A DNA stretch of 25,846 nucleotides from a virus (taxonomy: Duplodnaviria; Caudoviricetes). The notes below the pieces were generated by a model, which was given only the letters and a program-made list of their open reading frames with translations, searched no databases and was not told where the DNA came from. This document shows, one piece after another, positions 16,969 through 24,942 of this stretch. The DNA is taken from IMG/VR virus record IMGVR_UViG_3300018073_000025, positions 1-25,846 of that record; one strand, given 5' to 3'. The position numbers and the translations under genes were made by a program. Positions within the stretch are counted from its first letter, which is position 1. Every line of letters starts with the position of its first letter.

Positions 16969-16970
16969 CT

Positions 16971-16999
16971 TCGCGAAATATACAACCCTTATGATGAGA
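16971..16999 (+). promoter_or_regulatory. Conserved motif copy 6
   Basis: TCGC-GAAATA-TACA-ACCCT-TATGAT-GAGA, then CCCCTATTGAGAGGAA and ATG 17021. Confidence 0.75.
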
Positions 17000-17020
17000 C
17001 CCCTATTGAGAGGAAAAACC

Positions 17021-17227
17021 ATGTCCGAGTCCGAAACGATTCAAACCCCTGAGACCATCTACGTTATCGAGAAGAGAACCCCTCTGCTGACGCCTAGGCT
17101 CAAGAAGATTGTCATCATCACCGCAAGTGTGTTGACAGTCCTTATTGGAGCCAAGGTCATCTGCAGTCAGGTTGAACAACTTGATGGCGATCCGGCCCCA
17201 GAGATCGAATCCAAAGATAAGGCCTGA
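17021..17227 (+). CDS. Small single-pass membrane protein (cassette gene)
   Basis: GAGAGGA RBS. 68 aa MSESETIQTP...KKIVIITASVLTVLIGAKVIC.... Followed by a terminator. Confidence 0.75.
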   Translation: MSESETIQTPETIYVIEKRTPLLTPRLKKIVIITASVLTVLIGAKVICSQVEQLDGDPAPEIESKDKA

Positions 17228-17249
17228 TTTCCTAAAAAGGAATCAAAGA

Positions 17250-17288
17250 TCTAAGCCCTATGCTAACACATAGGGTTTAGGTTTTTCT
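17250..17288 (+). terminator. Rho-independent terminator
   Basis: CTAAGCCCTATG-CTAACA-CATAGGGTTTAG stem-loop followed by GTTTTTCT. Confidence 0.75.
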
Positions 17289-17309
17289 CTTCTACTGCAA
17301 AGGATTGGG

Positions 17310-17837
17310 ATGTTCAAGAAAACGATCACATATCGAGATCTTGAAGGAACGCCGATCACAGAGGATTTCTATTTTCATCTGTCAAAGGCAGAAATTGCGG
17401 AAATGGAGCTCAGTCGAAAGGGTGGGTTGTCTGAGTTCTTGAAGAAAATTGTGGCTTCGGAAGACGGAAAAGCCATTATTGAGACTTTCAAGGAAATTGT
17501 AGTCAAATCTTACGGTATTCGAAGCACGGATAATAAACGATTCATCAAGTCTAAGGAACTCTCGGACGAATTTCTACAGACTGATGCATATTCGGAGCTT
17601 TTTATCGAGTTGGTGACAGATGCGGAATCGAGTGCGGCGTTTATACGAGGAATTGTCCCCATTGATCTGGCCGCTGGTCTTGATGGCAGCTCTCTCAATA
17701 TTCCTCCTGTTCGTGCTGTAGAGGACGTCAGTCTTCCCACTTTGACTACAGATGATGAGCGTAAGCATCTTGAGACCCGTTTGGCTGAATTGAATAAGAA
17801 TTATATTTCTTCAGAAGAGAGTAAGAACGAAGTATAA
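17310..17837 (+). CDS. Conserved phage hypothetical protein
   Basis: AAGGA RBS, 175 aa. 'MFKKTITY.D..G....EDFYF.LSKAE', 'SYG.RS.D.KRF.KS', 'F.QTDAYSELF.EL'. Function not assignable. Confidence 0.8.
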   Translation: MFKKTITYRDLEGTPITEDFYFHLSKAEIAEMELSRKGGLSEFLKKIVASEDGKAIIETFKEIVVKSYGIRSTDNKRFIKSKELSDEFLQTDAYSELFIELVTDAESSAAFIRGIVPIDLAAGLDGSSLNIPPVRAVEDVSLPTLTTDDERKHLETRLAELNKNYISSEESKNEV

Positions 17838-17844
17838 ATTTGCG

Positions 17845-17950
17845 ACTGGGAGTTGGCAGGGCAGCTTAGGGTCTCGCGCCCAACGAGTTGCTAACTTTAA
17901 ACGACAACTCATTTCCTGACCGGACACAGGAAAACAAACTGCGCCCTCCA
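17845..17950 (+). ncRNA. Candidate structured intergenic RNA element (multi-hairpin junction)
   Basis: Three consecutive hairpins (17859-17881, 17885-17910, 17912-17933) with a possible imperfect closing stem TGGGAG..GCA / TGC..CTCCA. Abuts motif copy 7. Confidence 0.4.
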
Positions 17951-17979
17951 TCGCGAGTTTTACAACCCTTATGATGAGA
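17951..17979 (+). promoter_or_regulatory. Conserved motif copy 7
   Basis: TCGC-GAGTTT-TACA-ACCCT-TATGAT-GAGA, then CCCCTACCCGAAAGGAA and ATG 18002. Confidence 0.75.
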
Positions 17980-18001
17980 CCCCTACCCGAAAGGAAATGT
18001 C

Positions 18002-18256
18002 ATGTCCAAGACACTTATCGCCAAACGAATTGTATCATTCATCGTTGGTGCTGGTGCTGCCAAGATTATCTCTGGCATTGTAACTCATAACACTGATCCC
18101 GAAAATATTTACGACTCCGTAACTATCGTCGCAGGCTCAATGGTTATGGGTGCAGTGCTAGCTGAACATTGCAAGCAGTACACAGACAAATCGATTGATG
18201 AGATCATCGCTATTTGGCAAGGTGAGAAGAACATTTTTCATATCCATCACGCGTAA
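18002..18256 (+). CDS. Small hydrophobic protein (cassette gene)
   Basis: AAAGGA RBS, 84 aa with two hydrophobic stretches. Between motif copy 7 and a terminator. Confidence 0.75.
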   Translation: MSKTLIAKRIVSFIVGAGAAKIISGIVTHNTDPENIYDSVTIVAGSMVMGAVLAEHCKQYTDKSIDEIIAIWQGEKNIFHIHHA

Positions 18257-18262
18257 TTTCTC

Positions 18263-18300
18263 AGCCTATACTCCACCAGGAGTATGGGTTTTTCTTTTTT
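18263..18300 (+). terminator. Rho-independent terminator
   Basis: AGCCTATACTCC-ACCA-GGAGTATGGGTT followed by TTTCTTTTTT. Confidence 0.8.
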
Positions 18301-18311
18301 GAAGGATGATG

Positions 18312-18962
18312 ATGGAAGATTATCCCAGCAATTCTGCTCGTGCGACACGACCAGACTTGAAACAGCCCGAGACTGAACCGAAGAAAATTGATAAGGTTGT
18401 TTCCGGAGAAGTCGTACGCCGTAAGAAGCCTTTAAATAAGCGATTCCGGGAAATCTTTGTTGGACAAGATGCTAAAACAGCATGGGGCTTCGTTTTATTC
18501 GACGTTCTTATTCCGGCAGCCAAAGACACGATGGCGGATGCTGTGAGTCAAGGCGTTGAACGGATGTTATTTGGTGATGCCCGATCTAATCCTCGGAGAT
18601 CAGGAGGGTATCGGCCACCATACAGCGTAACACCGACTCAATCGACATACACTCGTTATTCGACTGGATCATCGTACGCAAAACGAGACGAAAAGGTTCT
18701 GAGTAGACGAGCTAGAGCTACTCACAACTTCGACGAGATCATTCTTCCGACTAGAGTCGAAGCCGAAGAGGTTCTAGAACGTCTCTATGATCTTCTTTCA
18801 AGATATGAACAAACAACAGTATCCGATCTTTATGATCTTCTTGGTGTGACTGGAAACTACACTGATGAGAAATGGGGTTGGACAGAACTCACGGGTTCTG
18901 GTATTGATCGAGTTAGAGAAGGATATTTGCTTGATCTACCGAAACCGGAACCCTTGCGATAA
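18312..18962 (+). CDS. Conserved phage hypothetical protein (C-terminal domain related to the DUF6353-like proteins)
   Basis: GAAGGA RBS and three tandem ATGs (18306/18309/18312). C-terminal 'TVSDLYDLLG......DEKWGW'. Confidence 0.8.
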   Translation: MEDYPSNSARATRPDLKQPETEPKKIDKVVSGEVVRRKKPLNKRFREIFVGQDAKTAWGFVLFDVLIPAAKDTMADAVSQGVERMLFGDARSNPRRSGGYRPPYSVTPTQSTYTRYSTGSSYAKRDEKVLSRRARATHNFDEIILPTRVEAEEVLERLYDLLSRYEQTTVSDLYDLLGVTGNYTDEKWGWTELTGSGIDRVREGYLLDLPKPEPLR

Positions 18963-19099
18963 TGGCTAGTGCAGTGCAGATGCGAGATGCAATTATTGTT
19001 GCATATCCAAGTAAGCGATGGGCTGAAAAAGTAAAGAGAATGCCCGACAACCAGGTCATCGCCGTATATATGCGGCTAAAACTACAAGGAAAGGTTTAG
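18962..19099 (+). CDS. Small hypothetical protein (45 aa; absent from the ORF track)
   Basis: TAATG coupling. MASAVQMRDAIIVAYPSKRWAEKVKRMPDNQVIAVYMRLKLQGKV*. Fills the gap to 19104. Confidence 0.7.
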   Translation: MASAVQMRDAIIVAYPSKRWAEKVKRMPDNQVIAVYMRLKLQGKV

Positions 19100-19103
19100 T
19101 ACT

Positions 19104-19991
19104 ATGAAATGCGTGCCAGATGGAGCAATGAGAATCATCAGTCGTTCGGTTCTGCAAGGACAGAAGCATTCTCCTAGGATCCTGTTCGTAACGGGAATTG
19201 TCGGTGTAGTTGCGACTACAGTCGTTGCTTGTCGTGCAACTCTGAAGCTGGAGGAAGTTCTTGTCTCGGCTCAGACGGATCTCGATAATGTAAGAGAGTT
19301 GCAACACAAGAAGTATTCGGAACAGGATCGAGAGCAGGACACGGCTTACGTTTATATTCGTAGTGCAGTTAAGGTTGTCAAGCTTTATCTGCCTGCTGTT
19401 TGTCTCGGTGCATTCTCCATCGGTTGTCTTGTAGGTGCTAACAATATCCTTACAAAGCGAAATGTTGCTTTGACTGCTGCATATGCTGCCATTGATCGAA
19501 GTTTCAGCGAATATAGAGATAGGGTCGTTACAGAGCTAGGCGAAGACAAAGATCGGGAATTTCGATATGGAGTTCGCGAAGAAGAGAAGACTATTGTCGA
19601 TGACAACGGAAAGAAGTCTAAGGACGTCGTCAAGAGGGTAGGCTTCGGCCCAACGTCGGGTTATGCGAGATTCTTTGATGAATATTCTCGACACTGGGAT
19701 CGGCACCCAGATTACAACTCTATGTTCATCCAATGCCAGCAGAATTATGCGAATGATCTTCTACGTTCGAGAGGACACGTGTTTTTAAATGATGTCTATG
19801 ACATGCTCGGTTTTGAAAGGACGACGCCGGGTTCTGTTGTTGGCTGGATTCGTGATGGTGACGGCGATGGTTATATTGATTTCGGAGTCTATAATCACGG
19901 AAATCCCAGGGCCAGAGATTTCGTAAATGCTCGAGAGGGGTCTGTTCTTCTCGATTTTAATGTTGACGGCGTCATCTACGATAAAATCTAG
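19104..19991 (+). CDS. DUF6353-like phage protein, paralogue B
   Basis: 295 aa. 'KHSPRILF..GIVG...TTV.AC.AT', 'KLYLPAV', 'KRN.ALTAAYAAID..F.EYR.RV', 'GHVFLNDVYD.LG', 'LDFNVDG.I'. Family name from recall. Confidence 0.75.
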   Translation: MKCVPDGAMRIISRSVLQGQKHSPRILFVTGIVGVVATTVVACRATLKLEEVLVSAQTDLDNVRELQHKKYSEQDREQDTAYVYIRSAVKVVKLYLPAVCLGAFSIGCLVGANNILTKRNVALTAAYAAIDRSFSEYRDRVVTELGEDKDREFRYGVREEEKTIVDDNGKKSKDVVKRVGFGPTSGYARFFDEYSRHWDRHPDYNSMFIQCQQNYANDLLRSRGHVFLNDVYDMLGFERTTPGSVVGWIRDGDGDGYIDFGVYNHGNPRARDFVNAREGSVLLDFNVDGVIYDKI

Positions 19992-19999
19992 GAGACCTC

Positions 20000-20632
20000 A
20001 TGGACGAGTTCTGGAAATTTATTACTCGCAAACCGATTCTCGTTGTGGGGGTTTCAACAATCGCATTTGTTGGAGGAGTTGTTATCGGCTACAAGACTGC
20101 TGATAAGCGTCTCCGACAGTATTATGCCGATGCCGCGAACGAAGAAATTATTGCTGCAAAAGAGCACTACAATTCATCATTCCACGTAGAGACGCCCTTG
20201 GAAAGAAGAATGCGCGAAGGAAAAGAAGTATGGGAGGAGCAGCAAAAGCAATGGGCTGATGCTGCTGAAGAAGGAACTCAAGTGGAGGAAGTCGTGGTCG
20301 TTGTGTTCAATTACGAGGAGGAGATGAAGACACGTAGTTCAAATCATCCTTATATTGTCTCGGAAGATGAGTATTCAGAAGACAGTGAAGATCGTGTCTG
20401 TTGGACATTTTACGAAGGCTCAGACACTCTGGCTGACGATAAAGATGAACCGATTGATCTCGAGGATTATGCTGGACGAGCAAACTTGAGATTTGGATAC
20501 GGGTCTAATGACCCAAATGTTGTCTTCATCCGTAATGAAAAGTATGATTTGTGGGCGGAGATCACCAAGATGCCCCAAACGTGGGAAGAGATGCAAGAGA
20601 ATGACAATTCATATGTCGGTGGAGACTACTAA
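20000..20632 (+). CDS. Hypothetical protein with N-terminal membrane anchor and acidic C-terminal domain
   Basis: AGGAG RBS, 210 aa. TM-like 'ILVVGVSTIAFVGGVVIGY'. Confidence 0.75.
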   Translation: MDEFWKFITRKPILVVGVSTIAFVGGVVIGYKTADKRLRQYYADAANEEIIAAKEHYNSSFHVETPLERRMREGKEVWEEQQKQWADAAEEGTQVEEVVVVVFNYEEEMKTRSSNHPYIVSEDEYSEDSEDRVCWTFYEGSDTLADDKDEPIDLEDYAGRANLRFGYGSNDPNVVFIRNEKYDLWAEITKMPQTWEEMQENDNSYVGGDY

Positions 20633-21170
20633 CAAAGTTGAGCCGCTCGATGAGCTATATCTCACATGGCTCTACTCCAAAGCGGCTTCTCCGAAGTTGA
20701 GAAATCCATCTAAAACATATTGGACTCTCTTTAATCATATGTATAAGAAAGAGTTTGTATGGTTTGTTCCTAATGATGATAATCGTGTGGGTGATGGAGT
20801 ATATCTCAGACACGAATTTCTCGAGTCTGTCAATCGAGAGTCTGAAGATTCATGGATGGGTCTCGGTTGTTCATTTCTCGAAATGGTTGTAGCGTTGTCT
20901 TATAGGTGTGCATTCGACACGAATCACGAACCAAGGTCTTGGTTCTGGAAACTGTTAGAACACCTTGATCTTGAGAAGTATAACGACAACGTTCTATATC
21001 CATATGAAGAGATTGATGCCATCCTAGACAGAGTTATTTGGAGGACATATGATCGTGATGGGAAAGGCGGTCTATTTCCACTGAATAATCCTCGACGAGA
21101 TCAGCGCAATGTTGAAATCTGGTATCAAATGAACGCTTATTTCATCGAGCATGAAGAAGAATATATTTGA
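20601..21170 (+). CDS. Conserved phage hypothetical protein
   Basis: Start uncertain (20601 or 20613). 'F.W.VPND.NR..DG..LR', 'CSFLEM.VAL', 'G.GGLFPL', 'EIWYQMNAY'. Directly precedes the polymerase gene. Confidence 0.75.
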   Translation: MTIHMSVETTNKVEPLDELYLTWLYSKAASPKLRNPSKTYWTLFNHMYKKEFVWFVPNDDNRVGDGVYLRHEFLESVNRESEDSWMGLGCSFLEMVVALSYRCAFDTNHEPRSWFWKLLEHLDLEKYNDNVLYPYEEIDAILDRVIWRTYDRDGKGGLFPLNNPRRDQRNVEIWYQMNAYFIEHEEEYI

Positions 21171-21183
21171 AAGTAGGATGCCG

Positions 21184-24100
21184 ATGGATTTTTACAAAAT
21201 CCGAATCAAAGAAGGGAAGAACCGCGTTTACGAAGTATATCCCGAGTTTAGTGTACATCGATCCACAGACCTTATGGTTCGTGGGGGCGATTTTTATGCT
21301 GTTTGGGATGAAGAAATTGGTCTTTGGTCTACGGACGAATACGATGTTGCCCGTCTTGTAGATGCGGATTTGAACCGGTTCATCCTAGAGGCTGAGCGTA
21401 AAAATCCAGGGATGTACGAAGCCAAATATCTCGAGGACAGCGATAATGGTAGATGGTCCAAGTATCGTAAAACCCTCAAGGAGATCAAAGACAACAATCA
21501 TCAGTTGGATACCACTTTAACATTTTCCAACACTGAAGTGAAGAAGACGGATTATATTAGCCGACGACTGCCATATGCTTTGGAACCAGGATCTTGTGTT
21601 GCATGGGATGAGCTTGTCGGTACTTTGTATGAACCTTCAGAACGAGAGAAGATCGAGTGGGCCATAGGGTCGATTGTTTCTGGAGACTCAACTAAGATTC
21701 AGAAATTTTTCGTATTCTATGGCCCTACCGGTAGTGGTAAGTCCACTATAATCAACATCATTGAATCGCTATTTCAAGGCTATACCTCTACTTTTGATGC
21801 GAAAGCTCTTGGTTCTTCAAATGGGTCTTTTGCCACAGAAGCATTCAGTGAAAATCCGATGGTGGCTATTCAGCACGACGGTGATCTTTCACGTCTGAGC
21901 GACAATACGAAGCTCAATTCAATCGTTGCCCACGAGGTTATGCGTTTCAATGAGAAATACAAGCGTACCTATGATGCCAAATCAAACGCTTTGGTTTTCA
22001 TGGGTACTAATCAGCCGGTTAAGATCACAGATTCCAAATCTGGATTGATTCGTAGGTTGATTGATATTCATCCTAGCGGTAGAAAAATTCCGAACAATCA
22101 CTACAACGCTTTGATGTCGAGGATTGAATTCGAGCTTGGAGCAATTGCTCAATACTGTCTTGAAGTATATCTCACATTGGGTAAAAACCATTACAATGCT
22201 TATCGCCCACTTGAGATGATGTATCAAACCGATGCATTCTTCAACTTCATCGAATCGTACTACGATATATTTAAAGCTGATGACGGGGCTGCTCTTAAAC
22301 CTGCTTTTGCTCTGTATAAGGAATTCTGCGTTGATGCCGGGGTTGAATTCAAACTCCCTATGATGAAATTCAGAGAAGAGCTCAGGAGTTATTTCGATGA
22401 ATTCCATGAGCGTATCGTGATTGACGGAGTTTCTTACCGGAGTTATTTCTCTGGATTCAATGCAAATAAATTCAAAGCCCCTCGTGGGGATGATGTATAT
22501 TCTTTGGTGATCGATGAGACAATTTCATTGTTCGACAATGAATTTATTGATCTTCCGGCACAAGAGGCTAAGGACGATGAATCTCCTCGTCATCGTTGGT
22601 CTAATGTAAAGACAACTTTGTCTGAGATTGATACTTCTCAGTTACATTATGTCAAGGTTCCAGAGCAACATATTGTCATTGATTTTGATCTTAAGGGCAG
22701 GTCTGGAATCAAATCTTTGGAGAAGAACCTCGAAGCGGCCAGTGATTGGCCTCCTACCTATGCTGAGTTGAGCAAGAGTGGTCATGGGGTTCATCTTCAC
22801 TATAATTACAGCGGTGACGTCTCAGAGTTAGCAAATGAATATTCTCCTGGAATAGAAGTAAAGGTTTTTCAGGGGAACGCCTCTTTGAGGAGAAAGCTCA
22901 CCAAGTGTAATAGTGTACCAATCGCAACTCTCCGGACCGGGCTTCCACTCAAGGAGAAAAAGAAAGTGTTGGAATCAAGGGTTATCAAGAGTGAGAAAGG
23001 CCTTAGAGATCTGATCGAAAGAAATCTGAGAAAAGAAATTCATCCAGGAACTAAACCTTCGATCGACTTCATCTATAAGATTCTTGAAGAGTCATATGAG
23101 TCAGGTATGACGTTCGACGTGACTGATATGCAACCTAAGATTGTAGCCTTCGCCAATAACTCTACGAATCAGCCCCTTTTAAGTCTCAAAGTTGTTCAAA
23201 GAATGAGATTCAAGTCAGAGAATTCTTCAAAGGAACCCAAGATGGATGGTCCTTTGGTTTTCTTCGACTGTGAAGTATATCCAAATCTGTTTGTTATTTG
23301 CTGGAAGAAATTTCAGGATGACACAGTTACAAGAATGATCAATCCTACATCTAGTGAAGTCGAGGCTTTATTTAGATTCAAGTTAGTGGGATTCAACAAT
23401 AGAAGGTATGATAACCACATCCTCTACGCGAGATTTATGGGGTATGATAATGAGACACTATTCAAACTCTCTCAGAAAATCATTAATAATAACGTCGGCG
23501 CCACTTTCGGCGAAGCTTATAATTTATCGTATGCTGACGTCTGGGATTTCAGCTCGAAGAAACAGGGTCTCAAGAAATGGGAAGTTGAACTTGGACACCC
23601 CTACATGGAGCTCGATTTCCCCTGGGAAGAGCCCGTCGATCCGAGTGAATGGATCAGAGTAGAAGAGTATTGTGTCAACGATGTTCTTGCGACTGAGGCA
23701 ACATTTATAGCGAGAGAGCAGGATTTTGTAGCTCGACAAATCCTGGCCGGTTTGAGCGGACTCTCTGTAAATGATCCTACTCAGAAGCACACAGCCAAGA
23801 TTATATTCGGCAACGAACGTCGTCCACAAGATGCTTTTGTCTACACAGATCTCCGCGAAGATTTTCCTGGATATCATTTTGATCTTGGAGTATCCACATA
23901 TCGTGGTGAAATTACAGGCGAAGGTGGTTATGTGTATGCTGAACCAGGCATTTATCATAACGTAGCTGTACTGGATGTTGCTTCCATGCACCCCACAAGT
24001 ATTGAGCAACTTAATCTTTTTGGCCGATTTACTAAGAATTTTTCGGCTTTGAAGGACGCTCGGATTGCTATCAAGCATAAAGATTTTGATGCCGCTCGAA

Positions 24101-24942
24101 AGATGTTGGATGGGAAACTCATTCCATTTTTGGAAGGTATCGACAACTCAAATCTCGATAGGGCAGAAACACTGTCTCATGCACTGAAGATTGTAATCAA
24201 TAGTGTATATGGTTACACCTCTGCTAAGTACGATACCCTTTTCCGAGATACTCGGAACAAGGACAACATTGTTGCTAAGCGTGGTGCACTATTCATGATC
24301 GATCTAAAATATGCTGTACAAGAACAAGGTTTCATCGTAGCCCATATTAAGACGGATTCGATCAAGATTCCCGATGCGTCTCCGGAGATCATCGATTTCG
24401 TGATCAAATTTGGTCAGAAATACGGTTACGATTTCGAGCATGAGACTACGTACGACAGGTTCTGCCTTGTAAATGATGCTGTCTATGTGGCTAGGGAAGA
24501 CGGCCAATGGCATGCTGTAGGAGCTCAATTCCAACATCCTTACGTATTCAAGAAGCTGTTCAGTCATGAGATAATTGGGTTCGATGATCAAATCGAGACA
24601 AAGCATGTAACTCAGGGTGCGATGTATCTCGACTTTGATGCTGTACAGAAGCCCATGTTCAACTATCAGGGCAGGCATTTTATCGGAAGCATTGGACAAT
24701 TTCTACCAGTTACCCAGGAATCTGGCGGAGGAATTCTCCTTCGAGTCAAGGATGATAAAAGCTATGCTGTGACGGGTACGAAGGGTTATTTCTGGGTAGA
24801 AGCTAAGCTTGCGAAAACACTTGGATGCGAAGGTGTCGAGATAGATCAATCATATTATGACCGTCTTGTAGATGAGGCCATCGATACGATTAATAAGTTC
24901 GGCGATCCTGAAGGATTTCTTGACGTAGAGTGGAGAAGATGA
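21184..24942 (+). CDS. Fused SF3 (D5-like) helicase / primase-like domain / 3'-5' exonuclease / family B DNA polymerase
   Basis: Walker A 'YGPTGSGKST' with SF3 motif C 'MGTN'. AEP-like 'VIDFD...SKSG.GVHLHY'. ExoI 'FFDCEVY', ExoII 'GFNNRRYD', ExoIII 'YCVNDV'. PolB motifs 'LDVASMHP', 'KIVINSVYG', 'IKTDSI'. Start at 21178 or 21184. Confidence 0.88.
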   Translation: MDFYKIRIKEGKNRVYEVYPEFSVHRSTDLMVRGGDFYAVWDEEIGLWSTDEYDVARLVDADLNRFILEAERKNPGMYEAKYLEDSDNGRWSKYRKTLKEIKDNNHQLDTTLTFSNTEVKKTDYISRRLPYALEPGSCVAWDELVGTLYEPSEREKIEWAIGSIVSGDSTKIQKFFVFYGPTGSGKSTIINIIESLFQGYTSTFDAKALGSSNGSFATEAFSENPMVAIQHDGDLSRLSDNTKLNSIVAHEVMRFNEKYKRTYDAKSNALVFMGTNQPVKITDSKSGLIRRLIDIHPSGRKIPNNHYNALMSRIEFELGAIAQYCLEVYLTLGKNHYNAYRPLEMMYQTDAFFNFIESYYDIFKADDGAALKPAFALYKEFCVDAGVEFKLPMMKFREELRSYFDEFHERIVIDGVSYRSYFSGFNANKFKAPRGDDVYSLVIDETISLFDNEFIDLPAQEAKDDESPRHRWSNVKTTLSEIDTSQLHYVKVPEQHIVIDFDLKGRSGIKSLEKNLEAASDWPPTYAELSKSGHGVHLHYNYSGDVSELANEYSPGIEVKVFQGNASLRRKLTKCNSVPIATLRTGLPLKEKKKVLESRVIKSEKGLRDLIERNLRKEIHPGTKPSIDFIYKILEESYESGMTFDVTDMQPKIVAFANNSTNQPLLSLKVVQRMRFKSENSSKEPKMDGPLVFFDCEVYPNLFVICWKKFQDDTVTRMINPTSSEVEALFRFKLVGFNNRRYDNHILYARFMGYDNETLFKLSQKIINNNVGATFGEAYNLSYADVWDFSSKKQGLKKWEVELGHPYMELDFPWEEPVDPSEWIRVEEYCVNDVLATEATFIAREQDFVARQILAGLSGLSVNDPTQKHTAKIIFGNERRPQDAFVYTDLREDFPGYHFDLGVSTYRGEITGEGGYVYAEPGIYHNVAVLDVASMHPTSIEQLNLFGRFTKNFSALKDARIAIKHKDFDAARKMLDGKLIPFLEGIDNSNLDRAETLSHALKIVINSVYGYTSAKYDTLFRDTRNKDNIVAKRGALFMIDLKYAVQEQGFIVAHIKTDSIKIPDASPEIIDFVIKFGQKYGYDFEHETTYDRFCLVNDAVYVAREDGQWHAVGAQFQHPYVFKKLFSHEIIGFDDQIETKHVTQGAMYLDFDAVQKPMFNYQGRHFIGSIGQFLPVTQESGGGILLRVKDDKSYAVTGTKGYFWVEAKLAKTLGCEGVEIDQSYYDRLVDEAIDTINKFGDPEGFLDVEWRR

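Noticed and set aside
16853-17020. N-terminal extension of the 17021 ORF as given in the ORF track
   Set aside because: It overlaps the upstream ORF and crosses motif copy 6. The RBS supports ATG 17021.
21184-24942. Intein or intron explaining the length of the polymerase gene
   Set aside because: The length is accounted for by helicase, primase-like, exonuclease and polymerase domains. No intein terminal or homing-endonuclease motifs were seen.
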